64,000 nucleotides of DNA, from sequence record MG383452; one strand, given 5' to 3'. This stretch comes from Escherichia phage FEC14. A program made the translations under genes and the position numbers. Below, in pieces: positions 19,339-28,000 of the stretch. Position 1 is the first letter of the stretch; each line of letters starts with the position of its first letter. The notes under the pieces were generated by a model. The model saw only the letters and a program-made list of their open reading frames with translations, was not told the DNA's origin and did not search any database.

Positions 19339-20091
19339 TTATCCCATCATAAAATCGATAGGGTATTGCTGACCAGTACGCAATTCTTCCTCCAGCCGCT
19401 CTATCTCGGTCTCGGCCTCACTGAACATACTATCACCATCCAGTTCGATACCACCAGGGAGACGGATGCCTCTTGCCTTCTTAAGCACCTCTGCCCAACG
19501 GCGCTTGACCAATGCAGTCGCATACGCTTTCAACCACATATCATTCCATGCTTCAGCGTTTTCTTCCGATTCGGGGTCGATATTTTGATAACAACGAAAA
19601 GCCAGAGTTTCATCAACAATGGCAGCAAACTGCGGGTAAAGGCGTCGCTGGAACTTCTTGTACACAAAATTACGGCGAACATTTAAGACGCTTGTGATAT
19701 CCGACAGGCGTTGTTGCATGGAAACATAATCAATGAGACGAATAGAAACCAGCGCTGCTTTGGGGACAAGCATTGCTTGAGCCATTTGCCATTGAGGAGT
19801 TGCCCAGTTTCCGATTGACTCAATAGGAGGTCCAGGGATAACTTCAATCACATCGTCAATATCATCGGGAAATTCTATATATCCCTTGTCGATATCTTCT
19901 TGTTTAACTTGGTACAGGAAGAACGCATCTTGGCTACCATCACGATGATATTCCCAAAATTTCTGCAGAGCATCATCGACTGCATCTTCGACTTGTGAAC
20001 TGTCAAGGTTAATTTGGATCACAGGAGCGCCCAATTTACGCAAGACATAATTCATAAAAGATTTTTTGTCTCGAATCTTATTGACGGCCAT
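19339..20091 (-). CDS. neck protein (gp13 position)
   Basis: 250 aa from the internal ATG with AAGGGGAA RBS (track ORF starts at 20148). Confidence 0.45.
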   Translation of the reverse strand: MAVNKIRDKKSFMNYVLRKLGAPVIQINLDSSQVEDAVDDALQKFWEYHRDGSQDAFFLYQVKQEDIDKGYIEFPDDIDDVIEVIPGPPIESIGNWATPQWQMAQAMLVPKAALVSIRLIDYVSMQQRLSDITSVLNVRRNFVYKKFQRRLYPQFAAIVDETLAFRCYQNIDPESEENAEAWNDMWLKAYATALVKRRWAEVLKKARGIRLPGGIELDGDSMFSEAETEIERLEEELRTGQQYPIDFMMG

Positions 20092-20419
20092 TGTTATTCC
20101 CCTTTTGCTGCAAATCAGATACAGTAATCCGCAGTGTGCGAACATCATCTGAAAGACTGCTGCTATTGAGTTTTAACTCAGCCATGTTTTGTTTGACATA
20201 TGCGAGGTCAGTATTCATGATCGCCATACGTTCACTCATGTCATTCACTTTCTGAAGAACTTGATCCATCTTGTTGGAATCTCGTTCCAATACATTCACG
20301 CGCGTTTCCATCCCGCCCATGAACCAAAGGAACGATGCTGCCGAGACCAATGCAGAAGCCACGACGGCAGTTAAGATACCACGGATGTCAAGCCCCGTTC
20401 TTTCAGCTTGCGTCGCCAT
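20078..20419 (-). CDS. hypothetical membrane-anchored coiled-coil protein
   Basis: 113 aa with a hydrophobic N-terminal segment (ILTAVVASALVSAASFLWF); strong AAGGAGGT RBS. Confidence 0.45.
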   Translation of the reverse strand: MATQAERTGLDIRGILTAVVASALVSAASFLWFMGGMETRVNVLERDSNKMDQVLQKVNDMSERMAIMNTDLAYVKQNMAELKLNSSSLSDDVRTLRITVSDLQQKGNNNGRQ

Positions 20420-20651
20420 TCTGACCTCCTTCGGGGATTTCGATCCCCAACTTTTCGGCCATCATTTTGATTGTCGCCTCCAGATTAGATATCTGGTTTG
20501 ATTGTTCAACAATGGTGGCTTCACGAGTTTCATTGCGTTGACGGGCTTGCAATGCAGCCATGCCAGCGGCGTGATCGGTGCAAATAATCGCGCCAGGGCA
20601 AGAACTGCTTCTCAACATGGATGCGTGCCCCTGTACTTTCACTCCACGCAT
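20403..20651 (-). CDS. hypothetical protein
   Basis: Internal ATG with GAGGA RBS; the track ORF starts at 20690. Confidence 0.4.
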   Translation of the reverse strand: MRGVKVQGHASMLRSSSCPGAIICTDHAAGMAALQARQRNETREATIVEQSNQISNLEATIKMMAEKLGIEIPEGGQNGDAS

Positions 20652-20703
20652 ATCTTTATCCTCTATTGGTTTGGTGGGCTTTACGCCCACCTTTCAACAT
20701 TAT

Positions 20704-23700
20704 TTATGCCAGAGCAATAAGACGGAAGTCTTTAAATGAAGGAGGAGCAACGCGGTTCCCCCGTACAAGCGCTCGGACTTTCAGGCCAACAAACGGGTTA
20801 TTGCTCGCCACAGTCTTGTCATACTCATATTCAAAGAATGTGGAACCGTCGTTAACCAGAGGCGAAGTTGGGGTGACGTCTTCCCAAGCCACACTATCCA
20901 TCTCTTGCCCTGCTCGTAGAAGTTTCACCTGCACCTTCATCGAAGACTGAGATGGGAGCATTGCACCAAAGAACAACTTCACAGTAGAACACGGATTATC
21001 AAATCCGATGTCCTTTGTCACGTATTTGAAGACATCTTCAAATGGATCCACACCGTATGAGTTGAAGATTACGCTCAGGTCATCGCCATCAATCATTGGA
21101 GCAGTGTACACGTTGTTTTCACTACGCGTCATGGTGGCTCGGATTTGGAAATCCCCGACCTGACGATAGATACCTTCAGTCGGCAATGCCACGTCAGTGT
21201 CAGTTTCAAACTCAGCCCAATCAGACATAGAATTTGAAGTGGCATCGCGATAACGGTATTCCAATTTCAGAATTGAACCTTCCAGAGCCGAATTGGTAAC
21301 GCTGGCATAGAACATATCAACCAGATAATTGCCCAAGAAAGAAGCATTATCTCCACCGATTTGTCCATTGCTGTCTGCTGCCGTACCGACGTCAATCTTG
21401 AATGAAGTATAGCTCGCATCTGTCACAGTAAACGTTTTGTTAAGTTGTTCAGGAGTAAAGCCACAACCGCCTGTCAATTCAGAAAGAGTGACATTGTTCC
21501 CAGCAACCAAACCATGACCAGGTGCAAACACAGTCACAACAGAAGACCCGCTTACGCAGTTCAGAGTGTTCAATCCCAACGGACGTTGTTTTGGCCCGAG
21601 CTTCGGATCAAATGTTACAACGTTCTGTCCAGCCGCAAAGTTGCAACGATATATGCGGAATTTCATATCGGCCATTTGGTTCGGAGACCATGTAGAACCG
21701 TTTGAAGAAGTGAAGAACACCCCTGTATACGGTTGTTTGGCGATATATTCGTTGGACAGAAGGTTTTTCTTGCCCATTTCCGCGATATACGCGTTGTAAT
21801 CCTGAGTATTCGCCAACAAAACGATAGCAAACTCAGTCGATGCTTGCAGATACACCGGATAATCAAAGGTGAACTTCGTACCGCCGGAAGAGTCTGTAGA
21901 GATCGTCACTTCAGACGGGTTCAAAGTTTTACGAGTAATGACTGTATGAGAAGGTAAGCCATTCTCCATCTCGCGAATTTCCAGAGTGATCGGAACATCA
22001 CGTGACTTGGTAGAGAAGAATACTTCCACGCCTTCGATATACTCGCCGCCATTCTTAGTCGCCACCATAAACGATTGGGCAATCGGATCACGCCATTGAT
22101 CAACAACCACTTCAGAAGTAGAAGTTTCGGTGCGAGTACTAGCAGTGTAACCCAGGACACGAGTGTTGACAAAGGTCTTTTGAATACCTTGTTTCTTACC
22201 GAAAGATTTATGAACAATTTCTGCATTGGTCAGTGTATCATCCGCAGATTTACTGTCAACAGGGCTATCCGTTAAGCGGAACACGTTGTCACCTGTGTTG
22301 AACTTGATTGTATCGTTCTGTGGAACGCGGAATACACCTTTAACAGCACCATTGGCATCAGTGGTGATTGGGTCACCGAAATTACCACCATTCGGTTTGC
22401 AATACAGATTGACGTCACGACCAGAGAAGAACGCATACATACGAGTGAAAGGTCGCAGTCCAGATGCGTCGAAAGAAATATCGATCTCGCGCATGTATGG
22501 GATAACTTGCGTCTCCACAATCTGTTCGCCAGTCATGGTCGTGGTTGTTTTGTCCGTGTATGTATATGTGGTGACATCACGGGCAGAAACAGTCGTGCGG
22601 TAACGATATCCCCACCACACACCACCAGCACCATGCGGCTCCCAAACACGATCAGAAACAGAAACAGTCCGCCATGTTCCGTACACTGAACCTTCTTGTA
22701 CAGTACCACGGGTGTTGATCGTTTCATTGATAATACGCGGTGCAACATAATAGTTTTCGAACCAGTAGTCTGTGGTCGGGTTAATCTTCAAGAAACCTTC
22801 CCAATTGAATACTGCATACGGGTTAACGTTGATCGTCGTCGTCGCATATTCTTGGTTCACTGAGATTTCAGGCGTGTAATTGCAAACCACCATCCCATCC
22901 ATCACTTTGTTCCAGCCAACAGGAGTCATGTCAACAACGTTCTGTTGTACAAACGGGCGTAGACGTCCGTTTTCGGTATCGATAGAACCCATCCAATCTT
23001 CAGACAAGTCATCAATCAACCGGAAGTCTTTGAACGGATCAGCTGCAATACCATTTTTGAAACGAGGATTACCCGTGATGGGGTCAAACACTTGCTGTGT
23101 CATCGCTGAAGATTCCAGCTGTGACAGAGAGGTATAGTATTCAACATTGGAAATACGGGTTTCCAGTTTACCGATATCGCGCATTGTATAACGACGATTA
23201 TCAATAGTTCGAATTTGGATATCATCAATATTCGGTGTATACGGCGGGATCAACAATTCATACAAACGCATGGCGTTCGCTGGGATTGCTGGAGAAGCCA
23301 GATTATTAGAACTGATGCCTCGAGCCACACCAAACACGCCGTTGTCTGCCAGATAAATCGCGTCGATACGCGGCAGATAATATTCTGTGTCCAGAATAAC
23401 TGCAGTGTTTGGACGTACCATATCTGTGTCAGAAGTTCCGTTGGTGATTTTCGGACGGAAATCTAAACTATCTGCCAGGCCGTACACCGCGCCTGATGTA
23501 GAAGATGTATAATTCGGGATATCTTTATAATCCATCGAAGTATACGAATCAGCAGAGAAGAAATCACCGGAACTGTGGGCGAAGTATTGATACACCACTG
23601 TATACGTCCCTGAGATTGCTCCAGCGCTGGATAACAAGTTAGACTTGTAATACCCTGCATCACGCTGTCCGCCATCTAGGACGAAGCTGGAGGTCACGTC

Positions 23701-25542
23701 TGCGCCAGTATCGTTTTTGACCGATACCAATTTCCAACCATCGTGATTCGCCAAAGGACGGCTGGTCTGCGATGTGAACGTCACTGTTTCAGTTGTTTCA
23801 GTGATGGTCTTCGTTTTAATTGTGGCCGTGGTACGAATCATCAGCGCCAGCAAATTGATTGACTGGTTAGCATTACCACTACCCAGAGAAATCTGCAGCG
23901 CCGAACCGACCGGAGAACCAGTCAAAGACAAAGAGCCAGAGATATCGAACTGCGCTTCCGAACCATCTGATTTCGCTGCAGAGTACAACGAAAATTCTGG
24001 GGAAAAACTATATCCCAGCGGGGCTGAAATAGAACCAGAACCGCTGCTGTCTAGCGTCACCTTATAAGTTCTGAGGACTGTGTAGTTGATATCCACGGAA
24101 CCTGTTGGCGCTAATGTTTTAACACCGAAGACCGGAAGAGAGAAGATCAGGTCTACCATAGAACTCTGGTTAAACTGGTTGGATTCCAGTTCAGCAGAAA
24201 ACATGGTGATCCCACTTTCTTCATAAGACACTTTGGTGATAGTGGACGCGTCCCCAGTCACAACTAAATCACGCATATACAGGCGGAATTCAGTTGAATT
24301 GCGTTCAGCGGATATACACAACGCCGTGGCTTGAGTAGCGCCGGATGCGTTCAATAACTTGTATCGCACAGTGCGAGATATTACTGGAACACCTTTGGAG
24401 TTCTTGGTGACCAGATAATTCCCTGTAGCAACTGCGACAGGCGTGTTATTCAGGACATCGGTATCCCGTGCCTTGTCAACGATCACCAACTCTTCCCCGA
24501 CGTTTTCGATACGACGACCGCGAACATAGGAAATACCTGGTTTCATTACAGACACGAATTTACTTTCGTCGCCGCCATCAGCAGCATTGAATACACCACC
24601 GTTGTTATTGACTTTCAGGTGTTCGCGGATGTCGATCTGATGCGTTGAAACGTTGTAATCGCCGTTGGTTTCATACGTCCGTTGAGCCAACGTGTCTTCC
24701 AGAATATTATAGGTGGACTGAGTCACCATAGACTGGATTTTACCATCACGAACTTTGGCCAGTTCAACAAAGTCTTCAACCACAGCATCATAATCAAATC
24801 GAGATAAGACCAGATCTATTCGAAGACGATGAGCGCCTGGGGCTTTGGAGTTAATCGTTCCCTGAGCATTTGAATAAAGGGATTCGTCTTCAGATTCAGT
24901 CACGATGGTTTCAGTGACTTTAAATCCGACGCGGTGGGAAGACGTGTTCGAAGTTTTATCAACGATAAGAGTCGCGTCATCAACGTCTAGGAACATCCCA
25001 CGAATGAAGTAAACGCCTTTCGTCATACGAGCAACGATAGAACCAGTTACAGCAGCCGCGATCCCATAACCAATACGAATGAAATTATCATTCACGTCGT
25101 AAGTCTGGAAATACAGATTATCGTTAACATGGAATCCGTCAGCATTACCCGCTTCAGTCATCTCAAGGATGGCCAACATCGTATCAGGAGCAGACAGATC
25201 ACGTTCAAGAGACAACACACGCGCTTTGGCGTTATTGTCTTTCCCCAAAACGTAGAGTTCAGAAATACCTTCCAGATCGGTGAATTCAGTACCACCCGCC
25301 AAAGTGAATTTCAAAGAGACTGCGGCATTGGTGATCGTCAGACCGCCAGGGATAACCATAGAACCATCTTTGAACAGATGGTTGCCCAGTTTTTCAATTT
25401 GATCCTGAAGAATAGTCTGCATCTGGTTCAGTTCGCGAGTCTGAACCTTGATAGGCATCGGACGAAAAAGAATCCGTGAAAAACGTTTCCCAGGATTCCA
25501 GTCATCCCAATACGGGCGACGGTTTAAATTTGTAGATTGCAT
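20704..25542 (-). CDS. large virion structural protein (1612 aa), putative baseplate/tail-fibre-associated
   Basis: Single uninterrupted 4.8-kb ORF with GGAG RBS and a late-promoter box, immediately downstream of four tailspike genes. Confidence 0.55.
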   Translation of the reverse strand: MQSTNLNRRPYWDDWNPGKRFSRILFRPMPIKVQTRELNQMQTILQDQIEKLGNHLFKDGSMVIPGGLTITNAAVSLKFTLAGGTEFTDLEGISELYVLGKDNNAKARVLSLERDLSAPDTMLAILEMTEAGNADGFHVNDNLYFQTYDVNDNFIRIGYGIAAAVTGSIVARMTKGVYFIRGMFLDVDDATLIVDKTSNTSSHRVGFKVTETIVTESEDESLYSNAQGTINSKAPGAHRLRIDLVLSRFDYDAVVEDFVELAKVRDGKIQSMVTQSTYNILEDTLAQRTYETNGDYNVSTHQIDIREHLKVNNNGGVFNAADGGDESKFVSVMKPGISYVRGRRIENVGEELVIVDKARDTDVLNNTPVAVATGNYLVTKNSKGVPVISRTVRYKLLNASGATQATALCISAERNSTEFRLYMRDLVVTGDASTITKVSYEESGITMFSAELESNQFNQSSMVDLIFSLPVFGVKTLAPTGSVDINYTVLRTYKVTLDSSGSGSISAPLGYSFSPEFSLYSAAKSDGSEAQFDISGSLSLTGSPVGSALQISLGSGNANQSINLLALMIRTTATIKTKTITETTETVTFTSQTSRPLANHDGWKLVSVKNDTGADVTSSFVLDGGQRDAGYYKSNLLSSAGAISGTYTVVYQYFAHSSGDFFSADSYTSMDYKDIPNYTSSTSGAVYGLADSLDFRPKITNGTSDTDMVRPNTAVILDTEYYLPRIDAIYLADNGVFGVARGISSNNLASPAIPANAMRLYELLIPPYTPNIDDIQIRTIDNRRYTMRDIGKLETRISNVEYYTSLSQLESSAMTQQVFDPITGNPRFKNGIAADPFKDFRLIDDLSEDWMGSIDTENGRLRPFVQQNVVDMTPVGWNKVMDGMVVCNYTPEISVNQEYATTTINVNPYAVFNWEGFLKINPTTDYWFENYYVAPRIINETINTRGTVQEGSVYGTWRTVSVSDRVWEPHGAGGVWWGYRYRTTVSARDVTTYTYTDKTTTTMTGEQIVETQVIPYMREIDISFDASGLRPFTRMYAFFSGRDVNLYCKPNGGNFGDPITTDANGAVKGVFRVPQNDTIKFNTGDNVFRLTDSPVDSKSADDTLTNAEIVHKSFGKKQGIQKTFVNTRVLGYTASTRTETSTSEVVVDQWRDPIAQSFMVATKNGGEYIEGVEVFFSTKSRDVPITLEIREMENGLPSHTVITRKTLNPSEVTISTDSSGGTKFTFDYPVYLQASTEFAIVLLANTQDYNAYIAEMGKKNLLSNEYIAKQPYTGVFFTSSNGSTWSPNQMADMKFRIYRCNFAAGQNVVTFDPKLGPKQRPLGLNTLNCVSGSSVVTVFAPGHGLVAGNNVTLSELTGGCGFTPEQLNKTFTVTDASYTSFKIDVGTAADSNGQIGGDNASFLGNYLVDMFYASVTNSALEGSILKLEYRYRDATSNSMSDWAEFETDTDVALPTEGIYRQVGDFQIRATMTRSENNVYTAPMIDGDDLSVIFNSYGVDPFEDVFKYVTKDIGFDNPCSTVKLFFGAMLPSQSSMKVQVKLLRAGQEMDSVAWEDVTPTSPLVNDGSTFFEYEYDKTVASNNPFVGLKVRALVRGNRVAPPSFKDFRLIALA

Positions 25543-25575
25543 TTTGATGCTCCATCTAGTGCCATTTTATAGAGA

Positions 25576-25582
25576 TATTTAG
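25576..25582 (-). promoter_or_regulatory. late-promoter-like CTAAATA box
   Basis: Minus strand reads gtataCTAAATAtctc about 35 nt upstream of the 1612-aa gene ATG. Confidence 0.4.
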
Positions 25583-25681
25583 TATACAGCCAACAAACAG
25601 ATAGAAATAAAAACCCAGTTCCTCCACCTGATAGTTTTGAACTTCCAGTTCCTGTCAGGTTAACGAGACATAGCAAAAGAA

Positions 25682-25700
25682 AGCCCCCTTATTGGGGGCT
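25682..25700 (-). terminator. terminator hairpin downstream of tailspike 1
   Basis: agccccc-ttatt-gggggct with flanking T-tracts. Confidence 0.5.
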
Positions 25701-25706
25701 TGTATT

Positions 25707-27941
25707 TTAGATTGTTACGTTAGCAATACTTTCCGTGAACCAACCAGATGGAGTCTTAACTAAAGTAACCATCATCTTAGTTGCATAGTCTACCCTCAAA
25801 GCAGTAAAGGCTCCTGCCACATTAAAGTGGAATCTGTCCGTTACAGTAGGCAATGTTGTATCAGCACGTTTAAGCACTACCCCACCACCAGATGAATCAG
25901 AGATAACTGTCACACGCTGGCCCATATATCCACCGCTAAACCCACTAAGGGTAAGAGTAATACCGGAACCAGTGACTAATACAATATCAACACCATCTAC
26001 AGGAATAGATGCTAGGGTCTGAGTTGTAGTGTACTTATCAACAGCATTCTGACTAACCCCCAATTGCTGAATCTTAACTGGAGTACCGTTGCGGTTGAAG
26101 TTAATTAGGTTGGAGTCTTTGTTTACGTAAAAAGAGTAGTTAGGAATAGCGCCGGATGCGAGCATTGCTGTTTCATCTACTGACTCTAATTCTCGCAACT
26201 CTTTGTGATAGCGGTTGTAGTTTCTGTTCTGGATATACTTAGCATTCCATTGAGTAAACCAAATACCACCAAAACCACCTGATTCAGATGTAGAGATTAC
26301 ATAACCATCATCACCACCAGGCATTGATGCGATGTACCCAACAGAATCACTTGTGTTGATATCCCCAGTAGGAGCTAACCCCCAAGTAACTAGGTCACGA
26401 CTAATCCATACTCGGTAGTTAGTACGACCAATAGAATTATCACCTACACCATTAGCACAAGTAAACGCCCAAGTAAGAACACCATTAACCCCATCAAAAA
26501 TAGGAACCAGGTCACCCTTACTATCCGATGTAACTAAATCAGATAAGTGCTGCCAGTTCTTAAACTGATGATCACTGATATAGAATTTCTGAAGCCCTTT
26601 AAGGTCTGTGGTGTGGTAAGCACGAGAGTTCATCACCATACGACCATCCGGCAAAAGGTTCAGTCCGACTTCCCCACCAGATTCTTCGGAACTAAGTACG
26701 TAGTCCATGCTGTACTTAATGTCATACTTCATGATGGTAAGGAAAGAATCAACCCGTGAACCAGTGACGGTAGACACAATCATTGCCATCTTACCATCCG
26801 GTAAAACAACTGGTTTAGTTGGTGAAGTCCAGATAAAATCTGCCGTTGCTGGCTTAAGGGTAGCAGTAATGTTAGCTGGTGTACGCCATATAGTAGGAGC
26901 TTCCGCATCACAGTAGGTAACATATATCTGGGATGATGTATTAGGGTCATTGCCTGGCTGTGAGTATCCCCAACCCAACTGGCCTTTGCAGGAAGTAAAG
27001 TAACAGTATACCCGACCATCTACTGGGTTATACACAGCAGCAATCTCACCGTTCTGATACGTAGCCCCAAAGTTAGCTACCACTACCTTAGCCGACCAAG
27101 ACCACCCATTATCAATGGAGTATTTCATAACGATATTACATTGCTGATCTGGAGTAGCACCAATATCTGTATTGTTACCATGCAACTCATTACAGAAAAT
27201 CATCAGAGTACCATCACCAGTTTTAACAATCTGGGGCATACGGTAGAAGACGGTATCCGTAGGGTTAAGTTTATCAATAGCAACGTCTGGAGCAGACCAT
27301 GCTAAGTTTTTACCAGAGTGACGCTGAACGCCACGGATATGGTGATAAACATTAGGAATAACGGTTCTCACCATATTCTCTTGGTTCTGCCATGCAGCTT
27401 CTTCGGCAAATTCTTCTTCAATGGTTTTGCCATTAGCCAGTACTACCATGGATGCACCACTGGTACTGTTAAGCTGTTCCTTCAGATAAGAAGCACCCAA
27501 GCCAATCCAATTATCATCACTGGATGGTAAAGAGTTCTGAGGTACAACTTTAGGTAATGAACCATTCCAACGATACTGGATACCATTGTGGGTAAGTACA
27601 TCATTCTTTGTGGATACTATTGCACCAGTAGTAAAAGAACCAGGTAATACATTATATTCATTGCGTTGGGAAGCTAGTTCGCCCAGGTCTACAGAACCCC
27701 CAGAGTGTACAAGCAGAGCACTGGCGCTAAGGCTAATAGCCGTGGTTCCTGCTGGAATATCTACAGGCAAGGAATACGCTCTCTGTGTTTCCTTGTCATA
27801 AATAACCTTATATCCAGACAAGGACTGTCCTGATTTCGCATAAACGACTTCCGACTTTTTACACCCAAATTTACGAGCAATACTGTCTTTGTTCGATTCT
27901 TTTGAAGTAGAACCTTTTGGTTGAGCAAATTGCGGATTCAT
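25707..27941 (-). CDS. tailspike protein 1, with sialidase-like (BNR/Asp-box) domain
   Basis: N-terminus MNPQFAQPKGSTSKESNKDSIARKFG... is a module shared with the other tailspikes. Asp-box-like motifs YSIDNGWSW and SRDLVTW are present. Confidence 0.7.
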   Translation of the reverse strand: MNPQFAQPKGSTSKESNKDSIARKFGCKKSEVVYAKSGQSLSGYKVIYDKETQRAYSLPVDIPAGTTAISLSASALLVHSGGSVDLGELASQRNEYNVLPGSFTTGAIVSTKNDVLTHNGIQYRWNGSLPKVVPQNSLPSSDDNWIGLGASYLKEQLNSTSGASMVVLANGKTIEEEFAEEAAWQNQENMVRTVIPNVYHHIRGVQRHSGKNLAWSAPDVAIDKLNPTDTVFYRMPQIVKTGDGTLMIFCNELHGNNTDIGATPDQQCNIVMKYSIDNGWSWSAKVVVANFGATYQNGEIAAVYNPVDGRVYCYFTSCKGQLGWGYSQPGNDPNTSSQIYVTYCDAEAPTIWRTPANITATLKPATADFIWTSPTKPVVLPDGKMAMIVSTVTGSRVDSFLTIMKYDIKYSMDYVLSSEESGGEVGLNLLPDGRMVMNSRAYHTTDLKGLQKFYISDHQFKNWQHLSDLVTSDSKGDLVPIFDGVNGVLTWAFTCANGVGDNSIGRTNYRVWISRDLVTWGLAPTGDINTSDSVGYIASMPGGDDGYVISTSESGGFGGIWFTQWNAKYIQNRNYNRYHKELRELESVDETAMLASGAIPNYSFYVNKDSNLINFNRNGTPVKIQQLGVSQNAVDKYTTTQTLASIPVDGVDIVLVTGSGITLTLSGFSGGYMGQRVTVISDSSGGGVVLKRADTTLPTVTDRFHFNVAGAFTALRVDYATKMMVTLVKTPSGWFTESIANVTI

Positions 27942-27960
27942 AATAAGAATCTCCTGTTTT

Positions 27961-28000
27961 TCTCTAGTAAATACCCTCCGAAGAGGGGTATATTTTTAAA
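27961..28000 (-). promoter_or_regulatory. intergenic hairpin upstream of tailspike 1 (variant of the tailspike promoter-hairpin element)
   Basis: taccctc-cgaa-gaggggta hairpin, then AGGAG RBS and ATG on the minus strand. Confidence 0.35.
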
